A stretch of DNA of 64,000 nt, taken from the NCBI GenBank assembly GCA_008632985.1, contig QPGO01000236.1, positions 1-64,000 of the forward strand, given 5' to 3'. Positions within the stretch are counted from its first letter, which is position 1; the number at the start of each line of letters is the position of its first letter. The notes beneath the pieces are model-generated. The model did no database searches. It saw only the letters and a program-made list of their open reading frames with translations, and was not told the origin of the DNA. A program made the position numbers and the translations under genes. Positions 35,411 to 48,423 of the stretch are shown one piece after another. The stretch is from Psammoneis japonica. Its lineage: Eukaryota.

Positions 35411-38400
35411 CTACATTGACATTTCTGCGCACTGTTGCTGAGAAAAATGCGTGGCGCTTCTCTCCTTCATGAGTCTCATCAAGGCTTCGTAGCCTTCTGG
35501 GACCTTGCATTTTCGCAGGTCCTTGCTCAGCGGCTTTCGCATGAACAGCCCTTCTCTGGTCTTTGCTCTGGAGAGCACAACATACACCCAATTCTGAGTG
35601 TAGCTCCAAGAGTGTACAAACAACTGCGGGACTCCACTCCCTTGCAGTTTGTGCCCTGCAGTGGCATTGTTGATGACAAACGGCAGCTGGGTTGCCTTCA
35701 GTTGGAAAGTGTGCCTTTGTTTGTCGCCTTCTTCTAAAATTAGGCTGGGCTTGGCGATGCAAGCCCTGAAAGCATTTGTTTTTGGCTCAGCTGAAAACTT
35801 CGCGGGGTCGATGCTTTTGTTGCAGTGTTCCAACACAACATGGTCCACCTGACCAGCAAGCACAGCAGGAATGCCGGTGTTGTTGTCTAAAGTCACCAGT
35901 CTTGGTTCCTGTCCTGGTTTGAGAACGACCTTGTCAACAGTGGCTTGCGTTCCGTTTGCTTGACTGTTTGCTGCATTTTCGTTGAAAGGTGTCATGACTC
36001 TGCATCCTCTGTAAATTCGTAAGACTGGATCCATTCTTCCTGATTGCATGACAACGTCTCCTTCACCACAGTTGTTCCAGAAGCTGTTGCAAACCGGAAA
36101 TGGTTGGCAGAGTCTCGTGCCATTCTGCACCTGCAAGTCGTCACTGAAAATCAACATTGAGTCAAGGACGTCTCCATCTCTTCCATGCAGTGTTTTTACT
36201 CTTTTTTCGAATGGGCCAGTGTCAATTGCATCTCTGTCCTTATTTGCGCATGCAGCATGGTGGAGGTCACTGGGCAGATCATCTTCGTTCTGAACTGCTC
36301 GTTCGTTGATGTGCTCTATGTCGTCAACTGTAATCTCACCAGTGCGGAATCTCTTGAGCAGTTTTCCCCATGACGGATCGTCTTTAAACCTGTGTACACC
36401 ACGAAGTTCCATGTGGCAGTTGATCCACTCGTGAAACTCGGGACATGCATCTTTGCACAGTGGTTTCACTCCTTTTCCGACTGGTTCTAGTTGCCTGAGG
36501 TCACCTGCGAAAACAATGTTCATGCCACCGTGCGGCTTGCTCAACTCACTCTTCAACACTGTCAAATTCTCATGGAGTTTTTCTAGTTCTCTCTTGCTTG
36601 CAAAAGAAATCTCGTCCACCACCAAAAGTCTCGTGTCTGACCATGCTTCAATTTGCTCTTCGGTTGTTTGCTTTCTTCTCATGAGGCATGCAACTCGGTG
36701 GATTGTGTCCCCTTTGAGAACAGTGGCAGCCACTCCGGTCAGTGCAGTCACTCTGATTGTGCTTGTTGTGAACGGCTGCTCAACAAGCGAGCAATGCTCT
36801 CTTCCGCATTCCACAACGAGGTCTGTTGTGGTTGATTTGCCACTTCCACCTGCACCATGTAAAAAACACACAAGTTGCAACGTTCCACGTCTTTGCACTT
36901 CCACGAGTTTCTTCAATCGGCAAAGGTTTGTTGCGAATTCGTGTCTGCCATTTCTCCTGTTGAGTCCATTGCGTGACGTCTCGTCTTGAAGAGCGTCTTG
37001 ACAGCAAGTGAGCACAAAGGTTCCTGCTAGAATTTCAAAGGCACGCTGCTGTTGCCCATCCAGTCTTGCTTTCCTAGCCCAGTCTACGATGCTTGCTGCA
37101 GATCCGTTTGCTTGACGTACATCGACGTGTTCTTCCAGACCTGTTGTGTCCTCAAACGACCTTCTTGTTCTTTGCGTTCTAGTCAGTGTCACTCGAACAA
37201 TGTCGTCTCTTGACAGTGGTCTGCTGTGGATGTGTTGTTGCACTCCTTCATTCTGGTCTTCCTCGTCGGTGTCATCGCCGCCCTCTAGATTCTCAAAAAG
37301 TTGTCGTTCATTGACCTGGCTTTCCTCGTTTGGTGGGTCAGTGTGCATGTCTGCCAAGCATTTGCAACCACCCATGTGTGAACCTTTCTGTCTTGCACGT
37401 TTGCCACTCAAATGCGCAGGAATGACTGCTTGGTCGCTCAACCCAATGTCATCGTCTTCTGGCTGCTCTGCCATTTCTTCCAAGAGTGCATCCAGCAGTT
37501 GACCCTGAACGGCGCCTGAAAGACCTTCTTCCTCGTCACTTTCGTGACAGTCAAACGCAATGTCAGCAGGTCTAAATTGCTCTGTCTTTCTTTGCAGATC
37601 GTCAGATGCACTTTTGAGATGAAGGCAGTTGGACTTAGCATCCTGCAGGTTCTGCAAGAAGTTCAAGTTTTCCTCTGTAATGACACCGGCTGCTGCGGAG
37701 AGTTGGAATTCACGCAGGCATGTGTGGGTTGTTGGTTTGAGTTCCGTCATTGTTCTGTAAGGCGCAAACAAGGCCAATGCCAACTTGCAGCACAATTCTT
37801 TGTCTGGTGTTGTTGGTTGCTGCGGATTCACAAGGCAACTGCCAAACTTGGCTGCATCAGGAAAATCACACTGAAGTGCTTTCAACAATCGCGGTTGCTG
37901 TCGCTGTCTGACACCTTGAAGAAACTCATTCTTTGTTGAATTGTAAGACGGGTGCCTGTGCGCTCTGTCATCGAACATCATCATGCCGTGTTCGTTTTTC
38001 CTTGTGTTGCGAAGAACTTCGCATTCACTGAAAAACGCAAATGGACTGAGATTCTCCAGTGCTGTTGGACGACATGGGCAGTGCAAGGCCTGGCATTGGA
38101 AGAACGGTGCATCGCCAAAACAGGCTACAGTCGCAGACACTTCGTCTCTTTCTAGTGTGCTGACAATGTCTTTCAAGGGGCACCATGCGGTCAAATGAGA
38201 TTCGATGAAACGGCTTCCGTTCCTTGTCATGTAAGACGCAAGTGGTGGTCCAATGACGTTCGTCTTGTCATGCGAGCAAGCACCCCACATGAGACGTCTG
38301 ATTGCTTCCGATGCATCAGATGCGTGTTTCCGTAATTCCGTCGCCATCCTGTTCGTAGTTCGAAGCACTTCGTCGTACGATGCAGCATCATCTTTCTGGG

Positions 38401-39147
38401 TGTCTTTTAGGATGTGCTCAATCGTGCATTGAGCAGACGGTCCAGGCATCAACAAAGCAATGTTTGTGTTGCATGTCAGTTTTGATCTGCTCATTGCAGG
38501 GCACGACACGTTTTGAAAAGCATCGCACTTTCTCCTCTTCGGAACAACTTCCTTCACGCACCGACACGCAAAAGTCCCATCCCAGCTGAACCACTTTATC
38601 TGAGTGTCATCTGCGTTCCTCACCAAATCATTTGGACACGAAGCAGCTGGTTGCCTGTGACGGCAGTCACCCAGTTTGAGCTCCTCTCGTTTCCTTTTCC
38701 TTGACAGCGCGTCCAGTTCCTCGTGTGGGGTTTTTTTGCGCATTTTACGCAACTCTGCGCATTTGGGAAAACACGACTTCGTAACGTGCATGTGATGGTT
38801 GTAAGCTGCGTCCGGTGCACATGCCTCCATTGTCCCTTGCGGACCACTTCGCTGGCATTGCACACACATTGCTTTTAGTCGCTTTGCATGGTTGTCTGGA
38901 TAGCGAGTCAGGCCAGGTGCACAGTGCCGTGACTGTAAAAAGCTTTCTACAAACTCGACGTTTGTCCAGCACTTGGTGCAGTGACGACAATGAGCAAACA
39001 TTCCGTTCTTCGACTGCTGGCCGTCTTTGTGCCTCAGGTTTCTCAGCTGTTGGTCGTCTGCTGCTTTTGGAGAGGTGCGACACATTTTTGGCACTGTGCA
39101 GTCATGATCGAATGCTTCACGCAACGCACCAGTGCTGAAGTCCTCGC
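35411..39147 (-). pseudogene. Duplicated C-terminal part of Helitron RepHel (Rep motif 3 plus PIF1 helicase)
   Basis: Walker A HGAGGSGKS, LLVVDEISF, FAGDLRQLEPV, HRFKDD, QLPF..NNATAGHKLQG, WVYVVLSR. Confidence 0.92.
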
Positions 39148-40238
39148 ACCGAAAGATTTTTGGATTGCCACCCTCGCTGCTGTCAGAAAATAGAGCCATG
39201 ACGATTGCCTGCACCAATCATTTTGCTGCATTTTGCGCTGGGCGTTCGAATTAATTGTGACACACAACGGTCATTTCGGTGCACACTTTTGCGCGACCCA
39301 CGCGACATGACTGACATGCGTCAGTGCGTGGTGCTGGTTGTTTTGCTTCTGACCGTTCTGTCTTCTGTGAGGTTTCATGAGGCTGTCTGTGTACATTGAT
39401 GTTGTCCAGTTGTGCATGTTGATGTTGTCTGAGGCAAGCTGCGTTGGATTGAGTGAGTGTGGAAATGTACGAAATTTACGCATTGTTGCAGTTTTCTTTG
39501 CCAAATGGTCAGTCCTCATTTGTGGCCATGCTCAATCCGCGGCGGCTCAAGTGAAAGTCCATGTGCATGCATTTTGCGCATTGATGCGGTTGTCTTTGCC
39601 AAACAGTTGTTTGTAATTTGCTCAATTCCATTCTTTCTGGCCACACTTCTTCTGAAGGGACTTTGCTTGCTCCTTCTCCTGCTCCGCCATCTCCTCCTCG
39701 GTGAAAAATCTCCCCGACCGCTGTGGAATCGCCGCTGCATGTGCTGCCTTTAGCTCCTCCATGGTTGAGTCATCCTTGGGCGCGACTGTTGTTTCCACAT
39801 GATGACTGTCCACTGTCGTGTTGTCTTGCACAAGTGCAGAAGTGACATCAAAATTTCCCGAAGTGAGGTCAAACGCCGCTCTTGCTTCTTCCAAGGCAAT
39901 CTCCTCTTTGTCTTCCTCATTCATCAATGACTGGAGAAGTTCCACATGTGTCTGCACCTTTTTCTTGTCCTCACCAGTTTTCTTTGGCTCGTCTGCCTTC
40001 TTTGTTTGTTGTTGCAAATCCATGTTTTCTCTGTTGCTACGTTTTCTGTGACGGTTGCGTTCGCGTTTCTTGGTTTGTTGGTTAAAATCCATTCGACGTT
40101 GTGTGACGCATGTGTGGATTTCCACGCAATGTGCTGATCCAATCGAAACATTTTATTTTACGAAATTTCCGCATTTTTACGGTTGGGGTCGCCAGACAGT
40201 TGCACAGTGGTTGAGCATCCTAATCCAATGTTTGCGTG

Positions 40239-43200
40239 CTACATTGACATTTCTGCGCACTGTTGCTGAGAAAAACACGTGGCGCTTCTCTCCTTCATGA
40301 GTCTTGTCAAGGCTTCGTAGCCTTCTGGGACCTTGCATTTTTGCAGGTCCTTGCTCAGTGGCTTTCGCATGAACAGCCCTTCTCTGGTCTTTACTCTGGA
40401 GAGCACAACATGCACCCAATTCTGAGTGTAGCTCCAAGAGTGTACAAACAACTGCGGGACTCCACTCCCTTGCAGTTTGTGCCCTGCAGTGGCATTGTTG
40501 ATGACAAACGGCAGCTGGGTTGCCTTCAGTTGGAAAGTGTGCCTTTGTTTGTTGCCTTCTTCTAAAATTAGGCTGGGCTTGGCGATGCAAGCCCTGAAAG
40601 CATTTGTTTTTGGCTCAACTAAAAACTTCGCGGGGTCGATGCTTTTGTTGCAGTGTTCCAACACAACATGGTCTACCTGACTGGCAAGCACAGCAGGAAT
40701 GCCAATGTTGTTGTCTAAAGTCACCAGTCTTGGCTCCTGTCCTGGTTTGAGAACGACCTTGTCAACAGTGGCTTGCATTCCGTTTGCTTGACCGTTTGCT
40801 GCATTTTTGTTGAAAGGTGTCATGACTCTGCATCCTCTGTAAATTCGTAAGACTGGACCCATTCTTCCTGATTGCATGATGACGTCTCCTTCACCACAGT
40901 TGTTCCAGAAGCTGTTGCAAGCCGGAAATGGTTGGTGGAGTCTCGTGCCATTCTGCACCTGCAAGTCGTCACTGAAAATCAACATTGAGTCAAGGACGTC
41001 TCCATCTCTTCCATGCAGTGTTTTTACTCTTTTTTCGAATGGGCCAGTGTCAATTGCATCTCTGTCCTTATTTGCGCACGCAGCACAGCGGAGGTCACTG
41101 GGCAGATCATCTTCGTTCTGAACTGCTCGTTCGTTGATGTGCTCTGTGTCGTCAACTGCAATCTCACCAGTGCGGAATCTCTCAAGCAGTTTTCCCCATG
41201 ATGGATCGTCTTTAAACCTGTGCACACCACGAAGTTCTATGTGGCAGTTGATCCACTCGTGAAACTCGGGACACACATCTTTGCACAGTGGTTTCACTCC
41301 TTTTCCGACTGGTTCTAGTTGCCTGAGGTCACCTGCGAAAACAATGTTCATGCCACCGCACGGCTTGCTTGATTCACTCTTCAACACTGTCAAATTCTCA
41401 TGGAGTTTTTCTAGTTCTCTCTTGCTTGCAAAAGAAATCTCGTCCACCACCAAAAGTCTCGTGTCTGACCATGCTTCAATTTGCTCTTCGGTTGTTTGCT
41501 TTCTTCTCATGAGGCATGCAACTCGGTGGATTGTGTCCCCTTTGAGAACAGTGGCAGCCACTCCGGTCAGTGCAGTCACTCTGATTGTGCTTGTTGTGAA
41601 CGGCTGCTCAACAAGCGAGCAATGCTCTCTTCCGCATTCCACGACGACGAGGTCCATCATGGTTGATTTGCCACTTCCACCTGCACCATGTAAAAAACAC
41701 ACAAGTTGCAACGTTCTACGTCTTTGCACTTCCACGAGTTTCTTCAATCGGCGAAGTTTGTTGCGAATTCGTGTCTGCTGTTTCTCCCATTGAGTCCATT
41801 GCGTGACGTCTCGTCTTGAAGAGCGTCTTGATGGCAAGTGAGCACAAAGGTTCCTGCTAGAATTTCAAAGGCACGCTGCTGTTGCCTGTCCAGTCTTGCT
41901 TTCCTAGCCCAGTCTACGACACTTGCTGCAGATCCGTTTGCTTGACGTACATCGACGTGTTCTTCCAGACCTGTTGTGTCCTCAAACGACCTTCTTGTTC
42001 TTTGCGTTCTAGTCAGTGTCACTCGAACAATGTCGTCTCTTGACAGTGGTCTGCTGTGGATGTGTTGTTGCACTCCTTCATTCTGGTCTTCCTCGTCGGT
42101 GTCATCGCCGCCCTCTAGATTCTCAAAAAGTTGTCGTTCATTGACCTGGCTTTCCTCGTTTGGTGGGTCAGTGTGCATGTCTGCCAAGCATTTGCAACCA
42201 CCCATGTGTGGACCTTTCTGTCTTGCACGTTCACCGCTCAAATGCGCAGGAACAACTGCTTGGTCGCTCAACCCAATGTCATCGTCTTCTGGCTGCTCTG
42301 CCATTTCTTCCAAGAGTGCATCCAGCAGTTGACCCTGAACGGCGCCTGAAAGACCTTCTTCCTTGTCACTTTCGCAACAGTCAAACGCAACGTCAGCAGG
42401 TCTAAATTGCTCTGTCTTTCTTTGCAGATCGTCAGATGCACTTTTGAGACGAAGGCAGTTGGACTTAGCATCCTGCAGGTTCTGCAAGAAGTTCAAGTTT
42501 TCCTCTGTGATGACACCGGCTGCTGCGGAGAGCTGGAATTCACGCAGGCATGCATGGGTTGTTGGTTTGAGTTCCGTCATTGTTCTGCAAGGCGCAAACA
42601 AGGCCAATGCCAACTTGCAGTGCAATTCTTTGTCTAGTGTTGTTGGTTGCTGCGGATTCACAAGGCAACTGCCAAACTTGGCTGCATCAGGAAAATCACA
42701 CTGAAGTGCTTTTGACAATCGCGGTTGCTGTCGCTGTCTGACACCTTGAAGAAACTTGTTCTTTGTTGAATTGTGAGACGGGTGCCTGTGCGCTCTGTTG
42801 TCGAACATCATCATGCCGTGTTCGTTTTTCCTTGTGTTGCAAAGAACTTCGCATTCACTAAAAAACGCAAACAGACTGAGAATCTCCAGTGCTGTTGGAC
42901 GACATGGGCAGTGCAAGGCCTGGCATTGGAAGAACGGTGTGTCGCCAAAATGGGCTACAGTCGCAGACACTTCGTCTCTTTCTAGTGTGCTGACAATGTC
43001 TTTCAAGGGGCACCATGTGGTCAAATGAGATTCGATGAAACGGCTTCCGTTCCTTGTTGTGTAAGACGCAAGTGGTGGTCCAATGACGTTCGTCTTGTTG
43101 TGCGAGTGAGCACCCCATGTGAGACGTCTGATTGCTTCCGATGCATCAGATGCGTGTTTCCGTAATTCCGTCGCCATCCTGTTCGTAGTTCGAAGCACTT

Positions 43201-45892
43201 CGTCGTACGATGCAGTGTCATCTTTCTGGGTGTCTTTTAGGATGCACTCAATCGTGCATTGAGCAGACGGTCCAGGCATCAACAAAGCAATGTTTGTGTT
43301 GCATGTCAGTTTTGATCTGCTCATTGCAGGGCACAACACATTTCGAAAAGCATCGCACTTTCTCCTCTTCGGAACAACTTCCTTCACGCACCGATGCGCA
43401 AAAGTCCCATCCCAGCTGAACCACTTTATCTGAGTGTCATCTGCGTTCCTTGCTGAATTGTTTGGACACGAAGCAGCTGGTTGCCTGTGACGGCAGTCAC
43501 CCAGTTTGAGCTCCTCTCGTTTCCTTTTCCTTGACAGCGCGTCCAGTTCCTCGTGTGGGGTTTTTTTGCGCATTTTACGTAACTCTGCGCATTTGGGAAA
43601 ACACGACTTCGTAACGTGCATGTGATGGTTGTAAGCTGCGTCCGGTGTGTGTGCCTCCATTGTCCCTTGCGGACCACTTCGCTGGCATTGTACACACATT
43701 GCTTTCAGTTGCTTTGCGTGGTCATCTGGATAGCGAGTCAGGCCAGGCACACGGTGCCGTGACTGTAAAAAGCTTTCTACAAACTCGACGTTTGTCCAGC
43801 ACTTGGTGCAGTGACGACAACAAGCAAACATTCCGTTCTTCGACTGCTGGCCGTCTTTGTGCCTCAGGTTTCTTAGCTGTTGGTCGTCTGCCACTTTTGG
43901 AGAGGTGCGACACATTTTTGGTGCTGTGCAGTCATGATCGAATGCTTCACGCAACGCGTTGGTGCTGAAGTCCTCGCTGCAGATTGATTCCGTGCTGCAG
44001 ATCTTCTGAACTGTGTTGGCAAGGCACTCAGCACCTTCGCGTCGGATCTGTCTTGTTGGCAAATGCAGTTTCTCTCTTGCATTGTTGATTGATGCGAACC
44101 AGATCTGCATGTGTCCGTGTGCTGTTGGACGTCCCTGCTCCTCAACTGCGGCTAAAAATGCGGCTGGCCCGCCAATGTAGAAGTTAAAGTTTTCTCTTGG
44201 TTGGTTGGCACTCAGATCCCAACCCACTGCCTCTTCCATTGCAATGTCAAACAAGCACTCGAATACAAAGGCTGTTAGACCGGGAAACTTTAGACGCAGT
44301 TCATTGCGTTGCTTGGCCCTGCTAGCAAGAATTTCGTCCGTCAGTTGTGTCACGTCTTCGTTTGGGTCCAGGATGACACCCGAGTGCAGTTGCACAAGAA
44401 ACAAATTTGCATCGTCCGGACTGACGGTTAAGAAAATGCCACCCTGACCAAAATGATGCTGACAAGTTTCGGCGTTTCTCCTCATTTTCTTTGCTGCTTC
44501 GTTGCTGTGTGGCAGAGACGCAGATGCAACGTCGAGTGCACGCAAAAAGTGGTGCCCGAGTCCACAATCTCTTCTCTCGCCCAAGTTGCGATCACAAACA
44601 GCTCCATCCACATCATCCACTGTCAGTTCGTTTGCAAACTGTGCAGCCTGATTCTTGTCCCTGACTTTCCACCCTGCGCTCTGCAGCATCCTTTGCTTCA
44701 TTGTCAAGTTGCAGCACATTAACACGAAGAGCTGCTCGTGGAAGTGAGGCTGGGAAATCCGTGCCAAGTGGTCGGCACAGTGTGCAAGGTTGGTGCCATC
44801 TGCAAGACTTCCGTCTTTCTTCATTCTCGTCTCATTGATTCCTCCTCTGCCAAAAGGAAACTGCAGCAGACACGCGTTGATGAAGTTGTTGCCTTTGAAA
44901 TCACTCGCAGATTCTTTAGACAACTGTGCTTGCACCTCTAAATCAAATCCGTTGGCAGCAGCTTCGTGCACAAGATCTTTGAAGCAGTCCAGGTTGCGCT
45001 GACCACCGGTCGCAGGAGACATGGTTCCATCAGGAAAGCAAGTGTGAAATGACTCTGAGGTCTCAACATTCGCATTTTCTCCTTCCTCTTCGCCGGTGCT
45101 GTCGACAAGTGCGGGATTCCGCAGATTGCGCCTGACTTCGTCTAGATTTGTCTGTTGGTGCACCCACTCTTGGTCATGGCACAACAGCCATTCCATCGCC
45201 CTCAGTGTGCAGTGCGTCCTAATTCTGTTCTTTGAACGTGCAAGTTGTCTTTGCTCCAGAGTCATCTTTCCAGTCATCAGTGCAATCACATTCTGATGTA
45301 AATTCAGTGCGTCGAAGTGCACGACAGTTCTTACGATGCTTTGCATCTTGACTTTGTAGCACGTCAGACTTCCCTGAAGCTTCTTCTGTTTGCCGCCAAG
45401 GCAACTGAAGCAGTGTCCGCATGTTTTCACTGGTGTGAGCATTGCCAATTCTACTTTGGTTAGAGACAACAGTTTGTGCGGTGGGGCACCGAAACAGCAG
45501 TTGTTCGCTGTCGCGTACATTGGCGTGACGGCTCTTCCCAGGCTTCTTCGGCATTCGCTGCAGCAAGTGAATCCGTCGACGCGTCGTCTGTCTTCCTGCA
45601 CTGCGCATTGGGCGCGGGGAGAAAGCAGCAGGTCTTTGATCCAATCAGCATCTTCATGCTCTACAGTGTGGCAGGACTTGAGACGATCAGATGCGCTGTT
45701 CCAGTCTGAAGGGGTGAGTGAGTTTCTTGCTGATTCCAATGTTTCGAGCAGCAAGTGGCAAACTTCTCTAGGTTTCAGCAGAACGTCACAGACTGAACAT
45801 GCGTGTGGTCTAAATTCTCCGTCTCCATGCAGACAAAGCATCTCAAACTTTCTGTTGATTGCACTGCAAACACGGGAGTTGGCCTCGTCCAT
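40239..45892 (-). pseudogene. Helitron Rep-helicase (DUF6570-like, HUH Rep, PIF1), ~1880 aa, one frameshift near 41755, hypermutated
   Basis: N-terminal Cys cluster and ANNCCFGAPP..L..L..VE..ML; FPFGRGG; FLTVSPDD; HUH motif VEEQGRPTAHGHMQIW; motif 3 QCTIECILK (expected QYTIKYILK); full set of PIF1 motifs. Element termini not identified. Confidence 0.92.
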
Positions 45893-45974
45893 TTTAATTT
45901 AAGCTGACACTTTAACTCGACAAATTTCAAGAAGTTGCTCAGCAAAAATGGTTGTTTTTTCGGTGCGATCACCG

Positions 45975-46660
45975 TGAAGCTGCGATCGGTGCTGTCCAAT
46001 CACCACAGCGATGTGTGTTTTCTCGCCACCTGCAGCACTGCGACTGGTGTCGTCCAGTCACCGCAGTGGTTCTGTCCAGTTGATCAACGAACCACGTCGG
46101 TGCTGCCCGTTCACCGCAGCGCTGTGTCGTCTTCTCACAACCTGTGCAATCAGGTCGCTGTGAGCACTGCGACTGGTGCTGTCCAGTCACCGCAGCCGAG
46201 TCAATTGGTTGCTTGACGAACTGCGTCGGTGCCACCAGATCACCGCAGTGTTGTGTCGTGTTCTCACAACCTGTGCGATCAGGTCTCTGTGAGAGCTGCG
46301 ACTGGTGTCGTCCAGTCACTGCAGCTGAGCTTGTGCGTTGTCTCACAACCTACGTTGCGAGGTGCAGCGCTGTGTTGTTCACTCACAACCTGTGCAATCA
46401 GGTCGCTGTGAGAGCTGCGACTGGTGTCATCCAGTCACCGCAGCCAAGTGAATTGGTTGCTTGACGAACTGCGTCGGTGCCATCCGATCACCGCAGCGTT
46501 GTGTCGTGTTCTCACAACCTGTGCGACCAGGTCTCTGTGAGAGCTGTGACTGGTGTTGTCCAGTCACCGCAGCTGAGCTTGTGCGTTGTCTCACAACCTG
46601 CGTTGCCAGGTCACTGTGAGAACTGAGAACTGCGATCGGTGTGGCCCAATCACCACAGTT
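45975..46660. repeat. Array of hairpin-bearing repeats upstream of RepHel
   Basis: CTGCGACTGGTGTCGTCCAGTCACCGCAG-like units at 46038, 46167, 46296, 46415 and 46544 (spacing 129, 129, 119, 129). Confidence 0.85.
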
Positions 46661-47465
46661 GGATGCTTTTCGTTTCCCTTTGCGCAAAGGTTCTGTCACA
46701 AAAAAGTGAGACGAAAGTGTGCCTCTTTCACCTCGACGGAAGAGTGATGTGTGCGTTCCTCCCACATCCTTCTTTGTGCCAGACGTGCGATGTCCTGCTT
46801 AGTTTCGTCGACGTTGAACATCCCATGGGACAAGATCTGGATCTTGTTCAAGTTCTTTCGACCATCTGCTCTGAACATTCCATGGGGCAAGATTCGGATC
46901 TTGTTCAAGTTGTTTCGGCAATCTTGGTGGTGGGCGCAGCTTTGCGCAAATTCCGCAGAATCACGCTTTGACGAGTGGCGGGGCAGTTGAGTCAGTCATG
47001 TGGCAATGACAATGCGATTGACGTCATTCGTGTTTCCAAAGTGCGCGCGAATCCTCCAAATGGGTGATGGGCCCACCTCAGCTAACCACCGGCACAGCAT
47101 GTAGTGACAGCGATGGCGTCGACCGTTTGGCGACTAGATTTTGTGCGCGATGGCCGCGCGGCAGCAACGGCTGAAACACACACGAAGCACGGACGGAATT
47201 GCACGTGATTTTGCGCATTTTCAGCAAACTTGGTATGACTTTGCGTGCTCCGATCCTTGCATCTGTTTTGTTCAAATTGAATCCATGCACCACTTGTGAG
47301 TGCTGACACCTGGAAGGTCACCTTGTTGCAGTTCGACGTGTTTGAATCTAGTTGCTGACGTTGCCAGTTCTCCTTGGCATGATGTGCGCAGCTCTGCTGG
47401 GTCTTTCTTGGCACTTCTGAACGACCGCACTTTTTGTTCCCACAATTTCTCTCCGACTGATTCGA

Positions 47466-48335
47466 TGGCACGCAAAAGAAACACAACGACCTCCCCGGCT
47501 GCGAAAGCCAAAGTCGCCGAAACCAAACAGAAGAAGGCAAAGATGAAGTTTTCTGATGCTCTGTTGAAGAAACTAAGTCCGCCCCGCAAGACCAACGGCT
47601 TGACCGACAACGACCTTAAACCGGAAGACTGCCTTGCCAAGCACGGGTTCAAGCTTTCCAAATCCGCCGGTTCTGATGATGGCAGCCATTCCGACAAGGA
47701 CGCCCTCCTGCGCTGCGCCACCGTCACTGTCGGCCGCAAGAAAGGCGTCGTTTTCGTCTCCAAGCCAAGAATCCACTTTTGACCAATGTTTGGTCGGAGA
47801 AGGTTCTGTTTGACAACCTTCGCAGCAGGACTCCGTGGGCGGTTCAAGTCGGATTCCACCCTCTCGCTGGCAGGTGGGTTCACGAGGGCGAGTTGCAGAC
47901 GAACGCCAAGAACTGCACCGTGCGTCTCTTCTTCATCTTCCTCGAAGAAGTCCCAACCGATGCTAAAGTGCGCGGCCTCGGGAAGGCATTGCGAAGCAGC
48001 TGAACGATGACCCTGAGAACAACACCGAGGTCTTCGTTGAAGACGACTTCTTCTGGATGAAGGATGCTGTTTGGTCCGAAGTGATCGGCAACGAGGCGGC
48101 GCTTGCCGAGCTTCAGAAGGAAGGTGGTCAGTTTCACATCGGTTGGTGCGCCCAAAACAAGAACTTGCTTCACAGTTGCTTCTACGAGGGGTCGTTGCCT
48201 ATGGAACTCTGTCGTCTCATTGGAGCTCTGGCAGAAGAAGCTGGAGAAGAGGCCGACGATGATGTTGAGCTCAACTGCGAAGTTGACCTGAACGTCGATG
48301 ACGACTTGGTGCTTCAGGACAGCGATGAAGACTGA
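47466..48335 (+). pseudogene. Hypothetical protein gene, hypermutated and broken
   Basis: MARKRNTTTSPAAKAK basic start at 47466, protein-like composition and acidic C-terminus ending 48335, followed by a T-rich tract; interrupted by TGA stops. Confidence 0.45.
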
Positions 48336-48423
48336 GTTGTTTTTTTTTTTTGCCGGTGCAGTGTAAATTTGTAAATGTTTTGCAAACTAAGTGTCGATTG
48401 CAACTCAGCTTTCCTCTGTCTCT

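Larger units (their letters stand above)
34322..43977. repeat. Tandem duplication of a 4.83-kb Helitron segment (copy A 34322-39147, copy B 39148-43977)
   Basis: Colinear offset of 4826-4830 bp; junction TCCTCGC|ACCGAAAG at 39147/39148. Confidence 0.95.

Noticed and set aside
35411..39217. The 1268-aa ORF as a genuine gene
   Set aside because: Its first ~23 aa (MVQAIVMALFSDSSEGGNPK) come from across the duplication junction at 39147/39148; it is a chimera lacking the HUH motif.
45975..46660. CRISPR array
   Set aside because: The spacers are themselves repeats of each other, there are no cas genes, and the context is eukaryotic.
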